Of a stretch of 64,000 nt of DNA, positions 10,779-27,872 are shown one piece after another. This DNA is from Spizellomyces punctatus DAOM BR117 (taxonomy: Eukaryota): the NCBI GenBank assembly GCA_000182565.2, contig KQ257455.1. One strand, 5' to 3'. Each line of letters begins with the position of its first letter. Position 1 is the stretch's first letter. The notes under the pieces were generated by a model. The model was not told the origin of the DNA and made no database searches. It worked only from the letters and a program-made list of their open reading frames with translations. The position numbers and the translations under genes are program-made.

Positions 10779-13621
10779 TTATTGAACAGGTTCCAGATAA
10801 GAGGCTGGCACCAAACCTTCTAAAGTGCCGTCATTGACAGTTACCCAACCAGAACCATCATCTGAAGAAGGCCAAAAAAAGTTAAAAACATGCCAGCCAG
10901 TCTAGGAATTTCTGGAGAACTACCTCCTTCAGTGATCCAGACAACTTGCCCAGCTTTGACCGTCAATTCGTCATCGCCACCTTTCGTATAATCGTAGGCC
11001 ACAGTCTAAGGAATATTCGATAGAGTGGTCAGTCTCGTGCAGTGATGCGCCAACGGAGTAGTGAAGCATTCTTACAGTCTGTATCCTGGATATCTTCGTT
11101 GGTGATGGTGTTCGATTTCTCTCTGAGAGCATACTTTCGGCAGCGAGGGCAGGGCTCGCGAGCTCAATATATGAAGTTGGGACTAGTCCTTTGCGTGATT
11201 CCCCGTCAGTTTGATAGCTTACGAGGGTCCAGCCACTCCCGTCGTCTGTTGTTATTAATTTTGCGTTCATCTTCCCAGCAAAAGCAGAAGAGTAGCACTC
11301 ACCCGGCTCAATTATTCTAACTACCGAGCCCTCCGTCACTGCTATCTCGTCAAACGCTGAAGCAGCTGGAGAGTAATCATAGAGCACATACGCCGAGGCG
11401 CCGACAAACCAGTTTGAGCCAGATGCTGCCATTGAGCGACGTCAATATAGAAATCTCTTCATGTGTTACCGTACTGTCAACATACCTGATAATACAGATC
11501 CAATTGAGGTAACGGATGTTCTTTGTGACACCATAGATGCTGGTCGTCGAGCGCCTTTGGCTCCCGGACACTCTGGGGGAATCTTAAGTTCGCATTTCAA
11601 ATGGGCGCTGTATCCACTACATAATATGCCAGTAGGTGAACAGCGACAGTCGATAGACAAATGTCTTCGACGCAAGGACATACCAATCTGATAGGTAGGC
11701 CACAGGTCAGTCACAATCCGCAGCGCAATGCGAAGCACGAAGACACAATATGATACCCACCACTGCACGTAAGCCCTGGTTTTGCAACTCCCCAAATTGT
11801 TCCATGACAGTAATCGCACGTGGTGGGAATAGAAAAATTCGCACCTTTCAGGTTATGGAAACGAGCATTCGGCGACTCTTCTACTTGGAGGTGGAATACG
11901 GGCCATGGACCATGAGATACATTTGCGCCGCAATGAGCGCACAGACGTAGTCTTACCACCGATGCACTGCATTATTGCATCGATCTGGGTTTGATATTTG
12001 CATCTTGCTGTTTTCAAGACCATGATGTCGCGAGACTCGTCTAACATGCTCTATCATGTAGGAAATAAGACAATGTAAAGTGTGAGGATATGGATACCAC
12101 ATTCAATTGTACTGACCTCCTTAACATCGTCCGGGTCCCCTTGCTTTCGATCCTTGGTATAAGCGTCAAACAGATTCTTCGTTCCGTCCAACGTCCGGTT
12201 TTTAGACTTTATTTCAGTATCTATTTGGTCAACTCGCTTTTGAAGTTTTCGCAACGTATTGCGTAAAAATACGTGAGCATAGTCATCCTGCGCCAGTTCG
12301 CCCTATTACAGTAATCAGATCCACTAGAGACATTCAGGGAATCAAATCTGGCCAATACAACATATTTGGAACTTACATTGTCCTTCCAAAGCCCAGAAGG
12401 CAGGAAGGGGAAGTCAGGTGCGTTACTCCCTGGCACAGAATCCCAATTTCCTCGAGACTGAACGAAAGTATCTGCATCCCCCTGAGGATCTATACTATCC
12501 ACAGCTGCGCGTACAATTCCTAATGACCTGATTACTACGTCCATTACAGCTGATCTACTCGTGCGATAATCCTGCCATATAGACTTCAATCCCCAGGTTG
12601 TAGATATGTCGAGATCTTTTATGCACTAGGATTATGCTATTAGTCGTTGCGCCAAATTTAGAAGCCGGCACCAGTTGTTCTCACCATTAGCAGTTTTGGA
12701 ATGTCCTCCTCGTAGTATTTATGCTTACAAGCGTTGGCCGCAGCGAGAGCAAGAACATATAGATTCTGTAAAAAGCTGATGAGTAACGCGCAGAAGTGCG
12801 ACAAAGTTCAAACCGCAGCCGCCCGTCACCTTCGTGTTATTTAAATCCACAATCTCCTCGTGCCATCGTTTCTTTAACTTTTCGGCTGTTTTATCGTCAG
12901 GAGCACGATTATGCTTATTTTTCGCAACTTCCACCGCTTCACTCGCTGCATCATACTTTGCTTTTGCCTTGTCTTTTTCGGTGACAAGTCTATCTCGCTC
13001 CGCCAAAAGCCGCATAGAGAATGCTATGTGCTTCTTTCTGGCCTCCTCTTTCTTCGTAGCAAGTGCCTTTAACTTGTCAGCTATGTCTGCGTGGAGCGCG
13101 TCATGTAACGTCATATGTGCCTTTGCCAACACTTCCGTTTCGTGTAGGATCTCAGCCCACGCTTTCTGCGTAGTACTGACTACACGCGTGGATACCTCGT
13201 CCCGACTCGCCATCTCCTTGTTTTCGTTGCCCGCGGCGAACCTGTCCTTGGTCGGGCTACCTGGGTTACTTGGTATAGCCGTTGAAATCAAGCTTGCACG
13301 CTTCTCCCTGTCCCTTTCTAGTTTATCCTTCCGGTGAGCGTACTTTTTCGCTAGGGCCTCAAGTCGCCGAGCAAAATCGGCTTCCAGTTCCGCTCGCTCG
13401 CGCATGAATTCCCGGACTTCTGACACAAAATGGATCCCTTCCGACTACAAAGAGCCCTTGTGACTTACAGACACATGATAGCTGATACCATGTATGAAAG
13501 GACCTACCACATGTTGGTCAACGGCCTTGATTTCCTAGTCTTATGTCTGAGAAACCATTACACGTGAAAAGAAAGTAAGTAACAACATCCACCGCACCTG
13601 TAATTCCGGACCGAATCCCAT
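10779..13621 (-). CDS. BZZ1: F-BAR + C1 + 2xSH3 endocytic adaptor Bzz1
   Basis: MGFGPELQ start, F-BAR helices (REFMRERAELEADFARRLEALAKKY), C1 finger (HNLKGANFSIPTTCDYCHGTIWG), two SH3 domains with DDGSGW and GLVP(T/A)SY. Confidence 0.9.
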
Positions 13622-13840
13622 GGCATCAAGGGACGCACTATAGTCTCCGGCAAAAGAAAGACGAGACAACATGGGCCCCACAAGCGTTCTGGGAATGCGA
13701 CCTTCAGATGGCAGGAACCTCCCTTTGACAGCCCATCACGTAATTGCACCAAGACTGTGCCATGTCATGAAGCCAAAACGGGCGATATTACGTCCTCCAT
13801 CTTCCCTTCCTCCAGCTTTCTCGTCGTCCTTCTCAAAGAA

Positions 13841-15160
13841 ATGTCGGCAACCACCAAGGACCTGAACCTTACGGCGTTCTCGCTCATCGCGCAATTTCTA
13901 CAGCAAAGAAATCTGACAACTACGCTGGAATGTTTAGAGACGGAAGCACACGAAGCGTTCGAAGAGCTCGCTTCTCATAAATACGCAATTGAACACAAAC
14001 CACTTCTAGCCATCCTCGAGGAATACCAACTACTTTCAGTCCAGGGACAGTTGGAGCAACTGAGCGTTGAGAGGGAAGCAGACGATGAACTTTCTACCCT
14101 CGGTGCTGGCCGCTTTCCAGTGGAGCCGAGTCGTGATTTGGAGGGAATCCACTTTGCAAACATCTTGACAGTCATCTCACGCACTCTTCCGTCAGACCTG
14201 TTTCCTGCCGCATCCCTTCCAAAAGAGACGGTTATGGCTCTAGTGACAGGATCCACTGACAAAACCGTACGTATCTCGGATGGTGATACAGGAGCTGTGA
14301 TAAGTGTCTTGGATCATCAAAAAGCGGCAGTGCTCGCTAGCGACTTCTACCCCCTCAATCCGGCATATCTGCTGACTGCTGGTATGGATGGGGCACATCA
14401 TATTGTAGATATCCGGACGGGCCAATCAGTGCAATCTTGGAAAGATCACTCTAAATACGTGGTGCGAGCTCAATTTTCCCGATGTGATGGGGGTAAATGG
14501 TTGGTGACGGCGTCCTACGATCGTACTGTCAACCTTTACCGCAGAACAAGCAACGACGATGAGACACCGCGGTACGAGAAGTTGCATTCTATTGCGTTTC
14601 GTGGCGCGGTCGAGTCCATATGCTTTCTACCTCCGCCGGTGACTGCGGGTGAACCTGCCACCCCGACTTTGGTCGTGGGTTCGCGAGACGACAACTATCT
14701 ACACTACATCGACTTGGACCCTTCTCGCGCATTTCCCGACAGACAACACAACATGAATGCGAATGGCGACGACTGGATCTCGTTTACGCCCATGGACATT
14801 GCTCCATCTCCTTCGGGGCGTCATATTGCCGTTTACACCGACTCAAAGGCAGGGAGACTGATTATTTTCCGAAGTCGATCAACTGTACAGGCACGCAACC
14901 TTTGGGGCACCGTAGCAGATGGCTTCTCACAACCTCGTTGTTGCTGGGATAGCTCTGGCCGGTATCTCTTTGCCACTAGCGATGACCGGAAAATCTGTGT
15001 ATTTGATGTTGTGTCCGGTCAAATCATGAGAAAGCTCGAAGGCCATACAGACGTGATTAGAGGCATTTCATTTGATGCCGATGCAGAGCGGCTAATATCA
15101 TGTTCTTTTGATAAAACGGTGCGGGTTTGGGATACGAGATTGGGGGAAAGGGTAGCGTAA
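13841..15160 (+). CDS. LisH + WD40-repeat protein (intronless)
   Basis: N-terminal LIAQFLQQRNLTTTLECLETEA (LisH-like). WD repeats such as LVTASYDRTVNLY and GHTDVIRGISF...SCSFDKTVRVWD. Confidence 0.85.
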   Translation: MSATTKDLNLTAFSLIAQFLQQRNLTTTLECLETEAHEAFEELASHKYAIEHKPLLAILEEYQLLSVQGQLEQLSVEREADDELSTLGAGRFPVEPSRDLEGIHFANILTVISRTLPSDLFPAASLPKETVMALVTGSTDKTVRISDGDTGAVISVLDHQKAAVLASDFYPLNPAYLLTAGMDGAHHIVDIRTGQSVQSWKDHSKYVVRAQFSRCDGGKWLVTASYDRTVNLYRRTSNDDETPRYEKLHSIAFRGAVESICFLPPPVTAGEPATPTLVVGSRDDNYLHYIDLDPSRAFPDRQHNMNANGDDWISFTPMDIAPSPSGRHIAVYTDSKAGRLIIFRSRSTVQARNLWGTVADGFSQPRCCWDSSGRYLFATSDDRKICVFDVVSGQIMRKLEGHTDVIRGISFDADAERLISCSFDKTVRVWDTRLGERVA

Positions 15161-15342
15161 CGACATAGCTAAAGAGATAGCCTATCTGTCTGCATTACAA
15201 TCTAGACGACTAGGGTGATGTGGCGGCGCAGTCTTTTTTTGCGGTGCCAGAGAGCTTTCGGCACGCTCTTCCCTAAAGCCCGCATGTCTCACATTGATGG
15301 ATAACCATCAGATGGGATTGTAAAATGACGTTTGAGATGTAA

Positions 15343-17874
15343 TCATTGTCGCCTCTTCTTGGCGGCCGCCCGGGCAGCTTCATCCTCATCTTCGTACACT
15401 TGCTCAGCATATATTGCTTTCGGTTGATTCTTTTGGTAAGCAGGGGCAATCCAATATGGATTTTCTGGAATGCAGACAGACAATCGTATGACGAGGAATT
15501 CGCGCGAAGCTAAATACCATTAGGGAGATACTTACCCTCTGCGTCCTTCGCGTGCTTCAGAATGGCTTCACGGGGATCCTCGTCACGCGATGTGTCCTTA
15601 ATAATGCCTTTAAGGATGTGCTGCGTCAGGTTAGTTCCCAGCTTCCCGCCACGACCTGGTCCAGATAAAGGCATATCTAGAAGCAGCGGTACAAGTGTGA
15701 ATGTGTTGTCTTTAAACGTGTTTCTTGTCCACGACGGTCCTGTACCTGGTTTACGTGTTGCGACGGAGTCGGAGCGAAGCTTTTCTCTTCTCCGTTTGGT
15801 GCTCTTGGGTTGATCATCGCGAAACATTGGTAATGCGTGTGGTGTAAGAATCGGCCTTCAAGTCACAATGTTAGTCTGACCTGGCCATGTATCCACTGCA
15901 GTCCAATGAACGGCTATACCTGCTGGTGTCATCGCTATGGGCATTGACACAAAATCGTCAGTATGATGATAATGCACGGCCACTTTGCAGCAGACCCGTT
16001 TAATTTCACACACCTGTACAAGTCAATATCATCCGCGGCTCTTTGCTTGGGTCGTTTGGAGAGCGCCACTTTGACCCCAGACAAACTTACAAGTGGATCA
16101 TACAGGACTTGGACGCTCCCATCCCCGACTCCCGTCAAAATCTGGTTTATGCGCCCATGCCATTGCACTCGCACCACCGAACTTCGCGCGATGTCTATCT
16201 CTTGAACTTTGGTCAAGGTGTCCCGCTCAAATATGCAGAGTTTTCCCGCTCCTTCATCTTTTTTCACGGATGTCCCCGTTAAGATGTATCGATCATTCGG
16301 TGAGAATACCACATTAGTCTCTTCAAAGAAGTTGACGAGCCCAGTGACTGATGCAACTGCGGTGGTAAATTTTCGGATATCCCAGAGTTTCAAAGTGTCA
16401 TCCATCGCCCTGGTCGCGAGAAGGTTGTTCGTGAGAGAGAAACAAACTGAAGTCATGGCAGCACCAGACATATGTGCCCCTTCGATGGTCTGGAATGTGT
16501 CATCCATCATAAGTCATCATCAGCTGAGCATACTTGTACCTCTTTAACGTACATGGGTGGGTTTTAAGAATGGTCCGTTTGTGTTCCATAACCTCAATGC
16601 ACCATCGGAAGCCCCTGTAAATAGAATTAGAATCACAAAACGAAGTATGAAGCAAGGAGCACCAACCTCCGGCGATGAGCTTGGCATCTGGAGAGTAGGC
16701 CGCAGACGATATCGCTGTCTTGCCCCCGGGAAGCTTGGATTTCACGGAAATTACCTGCTTCTGGGCTCTTTTGGTTGCCACATCCCATATTCTGTTAATG
16801 GCGCGTATCATGCAATGTCAGTCGAAGGTGTAGGGTAGCACGCGTGATTCATGAACAGACCTTATGGTACTGTCCAGTGAAGACGTTAAAAATGTGGCCT
16901 TATCGTGAGGATGCCACCGACATCCAGTCAACGCGGCAACATGACCTCTGCAGCAAAAAGGCGTCAAAAAACGTATTTTCACATCATGGCCGTTGTCCTA
17001 AACCTACTTTGTGTGTCTCATGTCCCGAATGTACGGATCGCCCTTAACGTATTCTTCGCTAATAATTGTCCGAAGTTAGATTTAATCCAACCCGTCCTTT
17101 CCAATGTGCTACATACAGTTCTATGCCATCCCGATCGTATAGCTTTGCTTGAGCTGAAGTTGATGCAACCAATATCTGATCACCAGTAGTGCTAAATTGA
17201 ACGTCGCGAATCTGTGAGTGAGCAAATAAATGAGCTTGGGTTCGCGATAGGTTGCCTTGTAACGCGCCGTGTGCTCACCGGGTTACCGCTGGCGGCTTCA
17301 AAGGAACGGAACGGCCGTAACGATGCATCCATGCCGTGAAAGTCCCACAATTTCACGAAACAATCTCGCCCTCCCGTCACAAATCGAGCACCAGATGGGT
17401 CTACAGAGAGCGCACATACTGTCTGATTGCACATGGGTCATTAAATTGCTTGTGAGTCGGCATCAAAAGGAACAAGTGACGAACCCTTTCATGGTCCTTC
17501 AACCCTGCCTGATGCGACAAAGGTAGAGTATCCGCATCGTGCGCAGCGATATCGGAATCGCTCTCATGGTCTTCGTCTTCGTCCTCGTCGTCGTTCGCAG
17601 CGTCGTCATGATTCATTCCCGATTTTTCCTCGCTATTTGCTCCATCACCAGCTGAGGACTCCTGCCGGTCTATTGATTGATTTATGTTGGGCTTTAATTG
17701 CTTGGGCGTGTCCTTGGTCGTCCCACCAGGTGCGCTCGTCGCTTCAGACTCGGTTTTCCTCCTGGTTTCCTCAAAGGCCACTTTGGCATGAATACTCCTG
17801 TCCTTGGGCTTTGCTCCAAACCCCACGGGAAGCCCCATGGCTTCCATCATCCTAAGCTCCTCTTCTGACGCCAT
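15343..17874 (-). CDS. WDR70: WD repeat protein WDR70 (GAD-1 homolog)
   Basis: AMGLPVGFGAK, LPLSHQ, DPSGARFVTGG, WDFHGMD..RPFRS, GDPYIRDMRHTK|GH, DDTLKLWDIRKF, TPHALPMFR, GPGRGG, DEDPREAILKHA, NPYWIAPAYQKNQP. Confidence 0.9.
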
Positions 17875-18115
17875 CTAGGGCAAATGAGTAGGTGTTTGTG
17901 AGATCTACTTGAATGCAATTATCGAGATCTGTAGGAGGAGTTTGTTGGCTTAGGCAATGGTTTGATGGTTCCAATCTCATTGGTGTCGACACGTTCTTTT
18001 CGAGGCCAGTTTTCCCGTTCTTCTTCGACAAGGCAACTTGGAGTTGCTTCGTTCTCACCTTGACGCCTCATAGCAAGGATTTTCCGTAACACAGCAGGAG
18101 GACTCGGTTATCCCA

Positions 18116-19180
18116 ATGTGCGTCGCTCATGCCGGTTTCAGTCATGCGGGCGACGGTTCACCGCCTTTCTTGGATGTCATATCACCCTACCTACCCGAGT
18201 CGGTCCTCTCCCTTCTGCTTGACAAGCATTCTATAGCTTTTGCCATGGCACTCTTGGCGTCTACCGGAACGTTTATTGGAGGACTCGTTGTTATCTTTCT
18301 AGCTCGAATAAGTGGAGCGGACCTTTCAGCCCCTTCCACGGCGCGTCTAATGGGAATCCTAGAGGCGCTAAGCGCCGGTGTCATGATGTATATAACATGT
18401 TTCGATTTGATACCTGAAGCAATTGAGAATATCGGATCTAGGGAATGTATGGCGTGGTTCTTTGGGGGAGTGGTGGCCTTTGGAGTACTGGAAGAGTGTA
18501 TTAGCTTTTTTGATCAGGATCATGATCATGATCATGATGGGCACTGTGCGTCGACAAAGGAGAATGGTAAACCGAGTAAGGGCGCGGAAGTATCGAAAGG
18601 AAGAGCCATTTCGAAAAAGAGACCTTCAGACGGTTCATCATCAACTTCGACGACAAGTGAAAAGGAAAAGCGAGAGCTTGTGCGTACATCTCTTATCACA
18701 TTCCTAGCACTCTCGCTGCATAACCTACCGGAGGGCCTGGGTGTGTATCTCTCAGCTCTGACAGATCTGCGGCTAGGTTCTCAACTAGCGATGGCCATCC
18801 TACTGCATAATATACCAGAGGGGATGGCGGTTGCAATTCCTTTGTATGCCGCGACCGGGAAAGCGTGGAGCGCATTGTGGTGGACGCTGTTGAACGGTCT
18901 GGCAGAACCCATTGGAGTAGTGGTGGGAGGCGTGCTTCTCCACTCGTATTTGTCGGCTGAGCTCTTGAGCCGTTGTCTTGCCGCAGTGGGAGGCATCATG
19001 GCATGCATATCGATCCATGAACTTCAGCCTACCGCGATCAAATATGCGGGGAAAGGCATCGCTACGGTGTCATTTTTCGCCGGCATGTTTGTCTGCTTTG
19101 CAGCGCTGGAAGCTGTAAACGAATGGTTTGGCGGACATGATCATACCCCGCAAATTGGAGGCAATGGTCATTCACATTAA
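18116..19180 (+). CDS. ZIP family (ZupT/GufA/ZIP11-like) divalent metal transporter, intronless
   Basis: About 8 hydrophobic segments. LHNLPEG and LHNIPEGMAVAIP metal-site motifs. His/Asp loop DHDHDHDGH. Confidence 0.92.
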   Translation: MCVAHAGFSHAGDGSPPFLDVISPYLPESVLSLLLDKHSIAFAMALLASTGTFIGGLVVIFLARISGADLSAPSTARLMGILEALSAGVMMYITCFDLIPEAIENIGSRECMAWFFGGVVAFGVLEECISFFDQDHDHDHDGHCASTKENGKPSKGAEVSKGRAISKKRPSDGSSSTSTTSEKEKRELVRTSLITFLALSLHNLPEGLGVYLSALTDLRLGSQLAMAILLHNIPEGMAVAIPLYAATGKAWSALWWTLLNGLAEPIGVVVGGVLLHSYLSAELLSRCLAAVGGIMACISIHELQPTAIKYAGKGIATVSFFAGMFVCFAALEAVNEWFGGHDHTPQIGGNGHSH

Positions 19181-19242
19181 TATTTAGTCTTTAATAGAAT
19201 GTCATCTAGGACGCCTACTATCCTTTAAATATACTCCGCGCA

Positions 19243-20644
19243 TTATACAGTCTCGAGTTCAAGTGTGACTCTTGGCAGAAGGATTCCGACCTTTTCTCTC
19301 AACCAGTCCACTTGCATACCGGGTACTGGTACCCACAGCTTTTGCAGCGTGTTTATTGTGGCTAAGGCTTCCAATGTGCTGTATTCCACTTTACCAGTCC
19401 GGATCGCCAGAAGGCATTCAAACCTTTTCAATTGCTCCGCCACGTAGCGTGCTCGTTGATACCGGCGTGGAAGACGCAGTTCCCGTAAACCCTTTTCATT
19501 GACTCCCTTACACGCTTCTTCTGCTATACATTGAAGTAGCAGGTGAATCCCGGCCACAGAGAAGTCATGCCCAGGTAAGCACTGAAGAGTCAACGATCGC
19601 AACTCTTTCAGGGCACCAATATTGGGTAAATTACAAAAGCTCGGTTCTTGAATTGTCTGGTTGTTCATATCAGTCCGAGAGGTGAAGTTTATGCAGAGCT
19701 CTTTCAAGCCAGGAAGAAGCTCCGACAATTCCTCAAAGTTGATGCCGCCCCTCACATATCCTATTGCCAAATGCCGTACATTCCGCTGTTTACCGAGAAG
19801 CCTCGAAAATGCCTTCCAAGAGAAATTTCCACCTGGACCATACCCGGCTAAGCTCAAATGAGTCAGAGATCCTTCCTGCCAATGACTTGCCAAGTGCTTC
19901 AAAGCAGCACTAGAGAGACCGTGAAAAACATCATCGGATGGCCGACCCCCGATATGGACGCGGCGAAGGTGTTTAAACCGACGAGCCAACGTGCGAATGA
20001 GGCGGTCATCGCCTGACGTTGCCCAATCCATTTCCAAAACAAAGGTATGCACACGCTCCGGCCTGGGGATCTTTTCTAGAATGTGAAGCAAGGTGCCGAT
20101 ACTGATTGAGCATCCCCAAGACGCCAGATCCAGCCAAACCGTTCTGATCCGAGCACATCTGGCCATATCAGCCGCCATGTTTTTGAAGAAACGATCTGCG
20201 TAATCGACCGGTGGTTGCAGTGGCATGTCGAGTAGCCGATGCCTTTTGACGTACAGTTCATATCAAATCAAGTCAATGGGGATTTATGCAAGATGCGAAA
20301 GCGTACCAAGCCAAATCCGTCCAGAATGGATGTAGGTACGAAGCACGACGCCATTGGCGTGAGATGTCGCCTGCGTCCAGGATGGCCGCTCGTCGGTGAT
20401 AGCGCCCCGGGACATGGTTGACGACAATAACTGGGTGGTAACGTCCCGGCGCACGACGAACCGATTTCCAGTTATGCGTTAGATGGGAGTGGCCAGGGAC
20501 AGTTCTCCAAAGCTCGCAAGAGCCAGTACAAGTCCCTTCATTCCACGGCGTTGACGAAGCTATTTCTTCTGAGATAACGTAGTATGGCTGCAAGAACAGT
20601 AGGATCTGGAGAATAATTTCGTCCGGAAGGGATGGGACCGGCAT
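19243..20644 (-). CDS. F-box protein with degenerate LRR/RNI-like repeats (2 exons)
   Basis: MPVPSLPDEIILQILLFL (F-box start). LxxLxL repeats (LRRVHI, LTHLSL, LKELCI, LRSLTL, LRELRL). One intron at about 20243-20306 joins the frames. Confidence 0.75.
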
Positions 20645-20904
20645 ATTGTGCAAATGCGCGTACAAGACACTTCATATAATCATATGCGTAGTGTGCATAC
20701 GGATGATAGGCGTCCCTATCGGCCTGGGTTCTGCAAAGTCTGACGACTGCACATAAATCTCTTGAATTGGCCAACGAAAGTCGACGAGATCGTTCAAAAA
20801 CAAACGTAATCGAATTCGAATGAATATAAACATTAGAATGTGGCTTGGATCCGTGACTACGCGAGCCTCCGCTCTCAACTTCCGTAAAGATCGTGACCAA
20901 AGAA

Positions 20905-23127
20905 ATGGCCTGGACGAATCTCGTTCTGACAACAATACTGGGTCTCTTACTGGCCCTTCACGCTGCGGCAGCACCAGAGGAATCCTACGACGAGAAGCTT
21001 AAGCTTACGCAGTTCAAGGACGGAAAGGTGCTGGCAGAATTTTACTTTACACGGTTCATTAGTCCCTCCGCTGTCAAAAAGGCAAAAGGTGGTCTACAGC
21101 TATTCGACGTTTGCCGCATGTCCTGCACAGAGAAAGTTTACTATTTGATCTACAGATAACCACTATACACTTCTGCCTCGGTCGATTGGGGAAATAATAC
21201 AGTCTTTTGGCGTGAAGGAGCTCCATCTGACTTTCACGCAGGGAACTTGGAATCATGAAAAATGGGGTTACTCCCCACTCAGCGCACCAGGCGGTGTACA
21301 ATTATGGAGCTGGTTTGAAACAGCCAAGTATGCTAATCCGCTGAACTCCCAGACAAATTGCCCTACGTCTAAGGCGACTTTCCCCTGTAGTGTTGACAGC
21401 CAGTGGAAGGGTTTGACCCATGCGTTGGCGGGACTTTTCTGTGCCTCCCTTAATTTTATAGATCAGTCTGCGACGGCTGAGCCTTTGCTGTCATTTCGAA
21501 CAAACGGAACCGTGACTAGCGCAAGCGAACTTACTGGTAAGCATACATTGCTCTTCACCTTGTGCGCACAGGCTGACCTGCTTCCAGAATCAAACTCGCC
21601 GCAATTACGCTATGGGTCATTACCGCGAGAGGCTGTTTGCACAGAGAATCTGACACCATGGGTCAAGTTATTGCCCTGTCAAACCAAGGCAAGTCCTTCT
21701 TTCGGATATCACACTTTGGCCGCGTCATTGACAATCGATGCTCAATATATAGGCAGGAATAGCCAGCTTATTTAACGCCTATAGACTCTTTGACGGCAAT
21801 TTTCATTCAATGGGAACCCATCTCCGGCCCATTTGCACCGTACGTATTTGGACGCTACCTTCGTGCACTGCACCATTCTAAGCGTCGTGCCTGACATAGG
21901 ACGCTATGTGCGAGCAACGGGGCATAGAATTTGTCCAGACCCTCGCCGTCGTCCTAGATCCAATGCGTTTGGACAACCGAAAGGGTAACACAATTTTAAA
22001 TGATCCGTGGTCAACGAGTGCATGCTAAATTAGAGTGCGTCAACAGACTGGTCGCTACAAACAATTTTTGAACGCAAGCTAGATTCAGCGTGCCCAGTAG
22101 CAGAAAATACTCAAATTGTGGTCACAGTGCCGGAAACAAGTGGATTTACTTTTAGACCATCTCCACCTGATGTCAAACAGGACGGGAAGGGTCATACTAT
22201 CGCGACCTATCCTATTCACCGAGGTTAGTCCGTAGGCTGTGAATTTAGCGGACATCAATGGTGCTCAAGCCTCACCGGAAAATGTTTCCTGCGTCTTAGA
22301 AACACCTAAAAATATGGACGTCGGCATTACCTGGTCAAATCCGACGGTAAATCATAGTAGGTTATCAAAGTCACTTACATTGTATTGAGCTGGCCAGGAT
22401 GAGACTCAATTCGGTGACAGCCATCGACAGAACGCATTCCTACATAAGAGCCAATCGATACCTGACCGGATATGGCGGGGAACGCGGTGGTCTTTCCGTT
22501 GATCTCTACAATTATCGATCATCAGCAATACCTGTCACCTATTTTGAGTCCATTCCTTGGATTCTCAAGCTTTACCTTCACACTTTAAAGGTAGAAACAA
22601 GTGTCAACAAAAGTACAGGTAGGGACGGAAAGTAAAATGGACTATCTTGTACATTTGGGGTTAATTATTTTCTCGCCTTATCCAGCCGTCGTTGGAGATA
22701 TTTTTTTTCAGCCAGCGATTGATCGGGGTCGTCCATCCGTTTTGGAGATGCAGCTGACATTGCCACCCAATAGTACTACCACGATATCAATCGAATTCGA
22801 CAAGGCTTTTGTAAAATACACTGAACATCCTCCTGACGCGAATCGTGGTTTCGACATTGGGTAAGCTCATATCACTTATCTGGTATTACCGAGGATTTGG
22901 CAATTTCTTATTGAATTCGTAGGGCCGCTGTGATATCTCTGCGAGCTGATGAGGGTGAACAAAATACGCGGATATACACCGAGACACTGCTGATTAGCCT
23001 TCCAACCCCGGATTTCAGCATGCCCTACAACGTCATCACATTGACATGCACATTGATAGCGCTATTCTTCGGGAGCATGTTTAACCTCCTCACACGGCGA
23101 TTTGAGCCGTTAACAATAAAGAGATGA
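20905..23127 (+). CDS. GPI16: GPI transamidase subunit Gpi16/PIG-T
   Basis: Signal peptide. [71 protein letters not shown]. Confidence 0.95.
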
Positions 23128-23210
23128 GCTATCAAAAGGGACTTCGTTCTGACGACTACCCTGAAATGGCTTAATTTCATCGGCGGCTAGCGCGAGATGC
23201 ATTAGTCAGT

Positions 23211-23231
23211 TATATATATATATATATATAT
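23211..23231. repeat. (TA)10 microsatellite
   Basis: tatatatatatatatatatat between the convergent GPI16 and SRPK 3' ends. Confidence 0.95.
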
Positions 23232-23426
23232 TACTCCAGAGTGAACGCCAGCTGCACACCACGGATTTGTACGTAGATACTGTCTACAGATTAGTCATCA
23301 AAAAATACTCTGGCTGCAGCAAATTACGTTAAAGGTTGCGCTCTATTGAGGTTGGTGCATTTGAGCTGGACGCATGTGCGAATGGAACGTCCTTCTCTAA
23401 CCTCCCATGGAGATGCCTAACGACCC

Positions 23427-26791
<3,365 letters not shown>

Positions 26792-27293
26792 TTGTAAGGC
26801 GGTGTCCGAAAGTGGAGTTGGATAGAGTGGGAAAGACGATGGCAGTTAAAGGAGCCGGATCTAGCGGATGTGTGAAACGACGCCGATCATGCGCCCCAAA
26901 GAAACGACAGTGCCGTATGACTCTTGCCAAGAGTAAGTCCACCAAAAGACTGCGTGCTGCTGGAGACGTCAAGGCTCGGTTGTGTAATATGGAGATGACC
27001 TGCCTTGCCAGTTGCTCCTCCCCCCGTTTCCTGCGAGAATCAAGTCGAAACTGTGTGCACAGACCTTCATCATGACTACAACTGGCACGTGACACAAGTC
27101 GATTTCCTGCCAAATCCGACAAAGTTTGGGCAAACTATTATTTACACAAGGATCTGTTCTACAAGATTACAAGGGAATTTCAATCCGAAGGAGGTCTGTA
27201 GGAGGAAGGAGCGAAATGCACAGGTAAGGGTTTGTGGTGAAAGTGTTGATGGGAAGCATAAACGCATCCTGGTAGGCCATTAGCCATTTACAC

Positions 27294-27872
27294 TTACTCG
27301 CCCCCTGGTATAAACTGTTGATATTCAAGAGGTGAGATGCGAGGATCTAAACAGAAGATGCAAAGATGAACCCACTGCATACCATGCAAATGTTGTTGCC
27401 GTTCAATAATATTTGATCAAGCTTTGTGACTTTACGGCCTTCTGGTGTGTTCTCACTACACGACGAGAGTTAGCACATTCTTTCTTTCGTGATAAGCACC
27501 CCATATATCCAGGCCGCTTTTGCCGCATACACACGTACTATTCGGTCACGTCTTCCAATACCATATCTGTAGGAAATACAAGTGTGAGCAAGTCACTTGT
27601 ATAGCAAACACCCTCTCGGCAAAAAAACCAATTTCAAAGTGCACTTACTGACAAAGTCATCAAAGCCTAGCAGAGTGCCTGCAAACTCCTTTTCACTCTT
27701 CATAACAACCCATATCCGTGAACCGATACAGCGATCGACAAGTTCTGCGAGTTGTAGCAAGGGTAAGTACTTGTCACTCTGTGCACCCCACCAGATGCTG
27801 CAAACCAAACTCGTAACGCGTGGATAACCTACCCAAGGGAAGAAGTGCGGGAGCTGTCGTCGTTGTTGACAT
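27294..27872 (-). CDS. LSM5: U6 snRNA-associated Sm-like protein Lsm5
   Basis: [55 protein letters not shown]|..[19 protein letters not shown]. Confidence 0.95.
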
